DNA of 58,147 nt from Patescibacteria group bacterium. Its GTDB lineage: Bacteria; Patescibacteriota; JACMRA01. The notes under the pieces were generated by a model. The model was not told the DNA's origin and did no database searches. It saw only the letters and a program-made list of their open reading frames with translations. The position numbers and the translations under genes were made by a program. The stretch is from positions 1-58,147 of the forward strand of contig JBCDGH010000002.1 of the NCBI GenBank assembly GCA_038751365.1, in the 5' to 3' direction. Each line of letters opens with the position of its first letter. Within the stretch, counting starts at the first letter, position 1. This document shows, one piece after another, positions 52,043 through 58,147 of this stretch.

Positions 52043-52882
52043 TTATAATACTGTAGTACTCACCTGCATAATCTCAATAAATTTATCTAGAATTAATTTA
52101 ATCGACCCCTTATGACGCGGATTAGCCCCCTTCCCTTCGACAGATTCTATTGATTTAAGTAAATTAAAATAAGCTAAAGGAATATCGTAGTAGGGTAAAT
52201 CGTGATTTATTTCTTTACCATTATCATCAACAAATCTAAAGCTACCAAAAAACTCTTTCAAAAAAGTTACACAATTACCTTCTACCTCGCTTCTCTCTTC
52301 ACGACGGCTTCTCAGATCATACGAAAATGGGAAATTTGGGTTAAATTTATAGCTACTCATGTTGGCTATCGCTTGCCTTAAAAAATGCTCTAGCTTTGGT
52401 AAATCTTGGCAATCAATATAGATTCTTCGAGACACTGTATTGGGATCTTTAACTTGATCAGAATAAAGCCTCAAATCTTTTTGTGCATCAACAACTACGC
52501 TATCAGTATTACTAGGATTAAACTCCTGCGGATAGTAACCATAAGTTTTAGTTTCCTTATCAGCTGAAGTAACAGCTAAAAAAGAATGTCCCGAATTGCT
52601 TATATACGAACTTGGGTGCATGAAAGGATTATAACCTCTTTCCACAATTTCTTCTACTTTACAGTCACTTTTTTGGTTAGCTATTTTTATTGTATCTAGT
52701 TTAGTTCTAGGTTTATTAATGGTAAGCGGTAAAGGTGATTCATACAGAAAGCTAGCAGCTGCAGTAGCACTTAAAATAGCCACTAAGGTTAGAGGTATTT
52801 TTTTGAGTTCCAGAGAATTATCTTTTTGTATTTCGTATTTATTTTGTCTAAAATTATTTTTATACCTACCGTCCAGGGTCAT
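52043..52882 (-). CDS. hypothetical membrane-anchored protein, 279 aa
   Basis: TM helix (LTLVAILSATAAASFL) followed by a soluble domain. It has its own promoter-like element immediately upstream, and no family is recognised. Confidence 0.45.
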   Translation of the reverse strand: MTLDGRYKNNFRQNKYEIQKDNSLELKKIPLTLVAILSATAAASFLYESPLPLTINKPRTKLDTIKIANQKSDCKVEEIVERGYNPFMHPSSYISNSGHSFLAVTSADKETKTYGYYPQEFNPSNTDSVVVDAQKDLRLYSDQVKDPNTVSRRIYIDCQDLPKLEHFLRQAIANMSSYKFNPNFPFSYDLRSRREERSEVEGNCVTFLKEFFGSFRFVDDNGKEINHDLPYYDIPLAYFNLLKSIESVEGKGANPRHKGSIKLILDKFIEIMQVSTTVL

Positions 52883-52904
52883 GTTCTATTTTTTTACAAA
52901 CAGA

Positions 52905-52933
52905 ATCCTAGCGCAAGTAAGTCCAAATGTCAA
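52905..52933 (-). promoter_or_regulatory. sigma70-like promoter for 52043..52882, placed directly after the ligA stump
   Basis: On the minus strand: TTGACA (plus strand tgtcaa, 52928-52933), a 17-nt spacer, and TAGGAT (plus strand atccta, 52905-52910). Confidence 0.3.
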
Positions 52934-52956
52934 ATTATTTTATTCAACATATAAGT

Positions 52957-53715
<759 letters not shown>

Positions 53716-53801
53716 CTAACTTATAGTCATTAGCAAGCCTAAAATTTGACTAGCTGGTAGTATTCAGACAATCTCGGAATATATTAATCACATATACTTA
53801 T

Positions 53802-55499
53802 ATGGCATGGTATAACAAATACAGACCACAAAATTTTGAAGAAGTTGTCGGTCAAGCACTTACAAAGTCAGTTTTAGAAAACTCCCTCAAAAAGAACCGC
53901 ATCAAGCACGCTTATCTGTTTCACGGACCAAAAGGAGTAGGAAAAACTACCTTAGCAAGGATATTTGCCAACAATCTCAATGATGTAAAAACAAATCCAG
54001 AGTCCAAAATTGATATCCTAGAAATGGATGCTGCTTCTAACACTAGTATAGATGATATTCGCCAACTAACTGAGTCCTCCAAAAATCCTCCATTGGTAGG
54101 TAAGTATAAAATCTACATTATAGACGAGATACATATGCTATCAAAGTCTGCAATGAATGCCCTACTAAAGATTTTGGAAGAGCCGCCTATATACTTAGTT
54201 TTTTTAATGGCGACTACAAATCCAGAAAAATTAATACCTACAGTACTGTCTCGCTTAACTAAATTAAACCTAAGTAACCATAACCATGAAGATATCATTA
54301 AAAAACTTAAGATGATTGTAGGTGTGGAGAATTTGAGTATAGATCAGGACTCTTTAGATTTAATTGCTATGCGTAGCTCAGGTAGCCTTAGAGACGCTGT
54401 GAATTTACTAGAAACCGTTGCTAGTTATGAATTAGATTCTTACTCAATCCAACAAACTAGTGAGCTGTTAGGTCTTTTACCCACACAGACGATTGAAAAT
54501 TTATGTACCAATTTAGTGGCAGGTAATATGATCACACAAACTACTATATCACAACTAGAATCTAGCGGTGTCGATACAGAAGCTTTTCTTGGTCAAATGC
54601 TTGACTTTCTTCTAACAAGGAGCTTTGAAGGTCAAAAATCATTAGATCAACTGATCATGCCAGTAACTGAAGTGTTGGACTTAAAACTCCCGCTAACCTC
54701 ACTAATATCGACAATTGCCCTTATCCAACTTAAAGTAAATACTAAGCTATCACCTCATAAAATAATCAACCTTGATAATCCCTTAGATATAAATAGCGAT
54801 ATAAAGTCAGATCACATTACACCCCCAATAAATGCGGATGAACAAAAAAATACCGACCCGCAAAATATTACCTCTCAACCGACTTCTTTAGGTGAGAAAA
54901 GTGAGCAGGTCATAGCACAGCCAGACTCAGTGGTAAGCACAAATTCTGAACCAGAACTACTGACTAATGACCAAGAATTAAACAAGTCTATAACTATTGA
55001 GGAAGCTGAGATAGGTTTAATAAAAATTACTAGCCAAGAAGACACACCTCCTATTCTAAAAATGATGATAAGTGATTTAAACCTACTAAATGTTAAAGGT
55101 TCAACTATCTATATAGGTGTCTCTAATGCGATTTTTCAAACCCAGCTCAAATCACAAAAGCTAAATCAGTGGATATGTACTAAATTTAAAGAAATACTTA
55201 ATTCAACCGAAAATATCACAGTGGTAGCTGAGCTTAGAGAATCAAATAAGCCGGTTAAAGAGTCAAAAAATGAAAGTATAAAGGTCGATAGAATATCACA
55301 AAAACAGAAACTTGAAAGCAAGATCAGAGAAACTGGTACTGACAAATCTGATGATAGCGCAATATTCTATCAAGTGTATAAAAGTTTACCTCCAAATGCT
55401 GACCCCGAAAAGCTAAAAGTATTTCCTGCGCCGATACAAAAGCCAACAGATGAGCAAGACTGGGACGAGCACACAAACCAATTATTCGACTTTGAATAG
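53802..55499 (+). CDS. dnaX: DNA polymerase III subunit gamma/tau
   Basis: WYNKYRPQNFEEVVGQ, GPKGVGKTT, YIIDEIHMLS, LLKILEEPP, and SRLTKLNL followed by SGSLRDA. Confidence 0.9.
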   Translation: MAWYNKYRPQNFEEVVGQALTKSVLENSLKKNRIKHAYLFHGPKGVGKTTLARIFANNLNDVKTNPESKIDILEMDAASNTSIDDIRQLTESSKNPPLVGKYKIYIIDEIHMLSKSAMNALLKILEEPPIYLVFLMATTNPEKLIPTVLSRLTKLNLSNHNHEDIIKKLKMIVGVENLSIDQDSLDLIAMRSSGSLRDAVNLLETVASYELDSYSIQQTSELLGLLPTQTIENLCTNLVAGNMITQTTISQLESSGVDTEAFLGQMLDFLLTRSFEGQKSLDQLIMPVTEVLDLKLPLTSLISTIALIQLKVNTKLSPHKIINLDNPLDINSDIKSDHITPPINADEQKNTDPQNITSQPTSLGEKSEQVIAQPDSVVSTNSEPELLTNDQELNKSITIEEAEIGLIKITSQEDTPPILKMMISDLNLLNVKGSTIYIGVSNAIFQTQLKSQKLNQWICTKFKEILNSTENITVVAELRESNKPVKESKNESIKVDRISQKQKLESKIRETGTDKSDDSAIFYQVYKSLPPNADPEKLKVFPAPIQKPTDEQDWDEHTNQLFDFE

Positions 55500-55636
55500 C
55501 TATGTATCTTTTACACACTCATAGCTTTTAAAACTAATGACTATTAACAAATAGATAAGTAACTCGTTTACAAGTATAGTTTAGGTAATAGTTTGTATAA
55601 ATTAAGATTAAGATGCGGATGGATGCAAAATACTGA

Positions 55637-55673
55637 CTAATATAGTTCCTGTAGATCTCGCAGACTATATTAG
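55637..55673. terminator. 10-bp inverted repeat between convergent dnaX and rpsO
   Basis: CTAATATAGT (55637-55646) pairs with ACTATATTAG (55664-55673). Further imperfect pairing around the internal AGATCT extends the stem. Flanking T/A runs are weak. Confidence 0.4.
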
Positions 55674-55687
55674 TTTGAAAATAAGAT

Positions 55688-55963
55688 TTATATAGCCTTC
55701 AACTTGTTGACTGCAAGTGTTTTTTTGTATCTCGATTGACTGACAGTTGATAGATATCTTAAAAGAGACCTACGTTTACTTACCTTTTTTATTAAACCTC
55801 TTCTAGAAGAGAAATCTTTAGGATTAGCCTTCAAATGTAGTGTAAGATTCTTTACGTCTACAGTCAGCACTGCAATCTGAACTTCTGGTGAGCTAGTATC
55901 CTTATTATGAATTTGGTGTTTTTGAATAACTTGAGGCTTCTTTGCGTTAGTGTGCTTTGACAT
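55688..55963 (-). CDS. rpsO: 30S ribosomal protein S15
   Basis: SPEVQIAVLTVDVKNLTLHLKANPKDFSSRRGLIKKVSKRRSLLRYL is the S15 signature. Length is 91 aa. Confidence 0.9.
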   Translation of the reverse strand: MSKHTNAKKPQVIQKHQIHNKDTSSPEVQIAVLTVDVKNLTLHLKANPKDFSSRRGLIKKVSKRRSLLRYLSTVSQSRYKKTLAVNKLKAI

Positions 55964-55996
55964 AATTGTGCTCTGTAAAATGAATTTAAATTTTAA

Positions 55997-56560
55997 TTAA
56001 AATTGAACTTTAACGTTTTTTCTTTCTTCAGCTGGATTATCAAGTTCAAAGAACTGCTCGGGCTTAGCTCCAGCAAGACCTTTGAATAACAAAGTTGGGA
56101 ACTGATCTTGAGTAGTATTGTAATCACTGACAACTTGGTTATAAAATCTGCGACTAGCTAATATTCTATCTTCTGTGTTTGTAAGCTCAGACTGTAATTG
56201 CAAAAAGTTCTGATTACTCTTTAGATCAGGATAACTCTCTGCTACAGCAAATAATTGTCGCAGAGTTCCAGATAACATATTTTCAGCTGCTGCTTTATCT
56301 TTACTTATTCCAGATACGTCTATTGCCTGTTGCCTAGCTTTAACTACTTTTTCTAGGGTTTCCTGTTCAAAAGACTTCGAACCTTTCACTGTCTCAACTA
56401 GATTAGGAATTAAGTCATATCTTCGTTTCAGCTGAACATCCATATCACTAGCAGCCTCTTCGACCTTATTCTTAAGACTTATAAGACTATTATAGGCGCT
56501 CACAGCTACAATACCGAGTACGACTATGACAATGATTGCGATAATTAAACCGATTTCCAT
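55997..56560 (-). CDS. lemA: LemA family protein
   Basis: N-terminal TM helix, then YNSLISLKNKVEEAASDMDVQLKRRYDLIPNLVETVKG...AVAESYPDLKSNQNF and RRFYN. Confidence 0.9.
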   Translation of the reverse strand: MEIGLIIAIIVIVVLGIVAVSAYNSLISLKNKVEEAASDMDVQLKRRYDLIPNLVETVKGSKSFEQETLEKVVKARQQAIDVSGISKDKAAAENMLSGTLRQLFAVAESYPDLKSNQNFLQLQSELTNTEDRILASRRFYNQVVSDYNTTQDQFPTLLFKGLAGAKPEQFFELDNPAEERKNVKVQF

Positions 56561-56719
56561 ACATGTAGATGCTTTCGTTTATAATTGGAATTGTCAAGCT
56601 AGTAGTTTGTCCTTTTTGGTATCTAAAGCTGACATAATATTTATCTGTGAAAATTTTTACGAGTCTTCCACAAAATTTTCTTAGACATCTTAGAAAACGA
56701 TATAGTAAACTATTACAAT

Positions 56720-57425
56720 TTATCGTTTAAATTCGATTACATATAAAACAGCATCAAATGATTTCTTAAATAGTGGCTGATTTAAACAAGTTCTGACTCG
56801 AAACCTCTTCGTATCACTGATACTATATCCATATGTTTCAAAAAGATATATATGGTATTCCTCTCCAAATTCAGATAACATAATAATTATTTTCCCCTTA
56901 CTACTCAGCTTTTCTTTTGCTTCAGTAAGAAACCTTTTTAAGGTCTCATAGTTCATATCGATCCTAGAGAGTTGGAAATTCCTTTTTTCTCCTTCAATGT
57001 AGCCAAAAAAAGGTGCGTTCCAAACCACTAAATTATAATGACTTTTATGTTCGGAAAACCAGAGATCGCCCTTACTAATAAGAAATTTATGTCGATTTGA
57101 TAGGATTTTTCTACTGTGTTCTACGGCGTCTCTGTTTATGTCAACAGCGGTAACATTGAGTGGTAATATAAATCTGATTTATATATCTTAATTCTATCCC
57201 TGAGCCAATACCAACAATGTGAATACTTTGTGGTTTATTCTGACAAATAAATTCCTGAACATACTCTGCATAAAAGAAAGATGCATTAAAATAGTAGGGT
57301 AAGAATATACTTTTCTCATATCCAGATCGCCTCGTAAAATTCTGTTCACACTGGAGTATTGAATGTTGAAGTACCGAAATTGCCTGCTCTTCCTCTTTGG
57401 ACGGTAAGTATTGCCTTATGATCAA
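56720..57425 (-). pseudogene. class I SAM-dependent methyltransferase (NPPY-type, HemK/RsmC-like) split by a 1-nt frameshift
   Basis: ORF 57141..57425 carries motif I (IHIVGIGSGI) and then runs into a TGA. A different frame, open from about 57176, reads (I)LPLNVTAVDINRDAVEHSRKILSNRHKFLISKGDLWFSEHKSHYNLVVWNAPFFGY. This continues into ORF 56720..57028 and gives motif IV as NAPF. The frame switch must lie within about 57160-57176, in the run of tttatatta on the minus strand. Confidence 0.65.
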
Positions 57426-57426
57426 A

Positions 57427-58077
57427 CTACGAAAATCTTATTATTTCAATATTTACAGACTGATTCGAAATATGCTTTGATAGTAAATACTTTTTTTGCT
57501 CAATTTTCAAAGCTAAATTTATATTCAACTTCTTGAGGAAAAGAAATGTTTTTTTAGCAACATCAAGACTATCATACAATCCTGTCATCACAGCATGCTT
57601 AACTAATTCATTTTTGTAGTTATTCTTATTCAAGGATACACCTTTTAATTTAAGTTTCTGAATAACTTGTTTATGCTTTTTTAAAAACTCAACTGGAATG
57701 GTAAAATGAAGCTCATAGTACACACACTCTTCATCTAGTAGAGCTTTTTCTCTGGCGAAATCAGGAATATCGTACATACTTACCCAATCAGATGATGAAT
57801 CGTACTCGTGAAAACCGCGAAATTCTTGCACTAACTCATACTCTAAATAACCTTTAAAACTATGCTGATCTAACTCAGACAGCATTCTTTGCGCTTTGAT
57901 AGAAACTTTTTTTAGTTCCTTTGGAGCATACTCAAAATACGCTGAAGCATGTTCAATTGGTTCGTTTCCATGAAACATATTCAAATCCTCATGATCTCGT
58001 AAGTAATGATCAAAATTATGCTCCTTTCCATACTTAAAAAAATTAGGAATTACCCTCTTCAAAAATCCTGAATTCAT
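57427..58077 (-). CDS. hypothetical protein, 216 aa
   Basis: Long ORF ending 1 nt before the start of the methyltransferase gene, so the two are likely co-transcribed. No motif recognised. Confidence 0.45.
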   Translation of the reverse strand: MNSGFLKRVIPNFFKYGKEHNFDHYLRDHEDLNMFHGNEPIEHASAYFEYAPKELKKVSIKAQRMLSELDQHSFKGYLEYELVQEFRGFHEYDSSSDWVSMYDIPDFAREKALLDEECVYYELHFTIPVEFLKKHKQVIQKLKLKGVSLNKNNYKNELVKHAVMTGLYDSLDVAKKTFLFLKKLNINLALKIEQKKYLLSKHISNQSVNIEIIRFS

Positions 58078-58147
58078 CCACGAATCAATATGTAAATGAA
58101 TCTCAGTATTAGTCTGAAAATTAAATGCTATTGGAGTTATACTTAAC

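Overview
AT-rich, very gene-dense bacterial chromosome segment (roughly 90% coding, both strands). The standard bacterial code fits, because long essential genes are intact with UAA, UAG and UGA all read as stops. Most of the window is housekeeping: uvrD/pcrA-type helicase, fusA, pnp, pgk, der, rnhA, rpmH-rnpA-tRNA-Phe, RNase J, dnaX, rpsO, lemA, mscS, sufS/sufE/DUF59, and a flavodoxin plus two-subunit 2-oxoacid:ferredoxin oxidoreductase operon. Between these lie a surface-glycosylation locus (three GT-A/GT-B transferases and a 1236-aa GT-C-like membrane protein), a sortase-like gene next to a GtrA-like gene, and many orphan secreted or membrane proteins. By inference only, this mix points to a reduced-genome, Patescibacteria/CPR-like organism. 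I saw no rRNA, CRISPR array, transposase, integrase or reverse transcriptase. The best candidates for something undescribed are: (1) a two-gene cassette of 772-aa and 626-aa orphan proteins at 69..4233, the larger with four helicase-associated-like repeats; (2) a compact ABC-ATPase fused to a Toprim/DUF4435-like domain (29081..30424), resembling OLD or PARIS-type defence in a single polypeptide; (3) an Orc/Cdc6-like ATPase with a DUF234-like tail (38856..40298) beside an ambiguous small gene; (4) a 731-aa protein that reads as a catalytically dead class II RNR fragment, a dead Nudix fold and a Cys-less TSCPD-like tail; (5) a Der GTPase with a HAD-like domain inserted between its two G domains; (6) a sortase homologue with no cysteine (TLxTC is TLQTS); (7) an unannotated 40-aa signal-peptide plus Trp-rich peptide gene with strong RBS and terminator. 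The window also holds four damaged or partial genes: an alaS fragment lacking the catalytic domain, a ligA stump ending inside the nucleotidyltransferase domain, a frameshifted methyltransferase, and a HEAT-repeat gene with one in-frame TAA. All family assignments come from motif reading by eye, with no database search.
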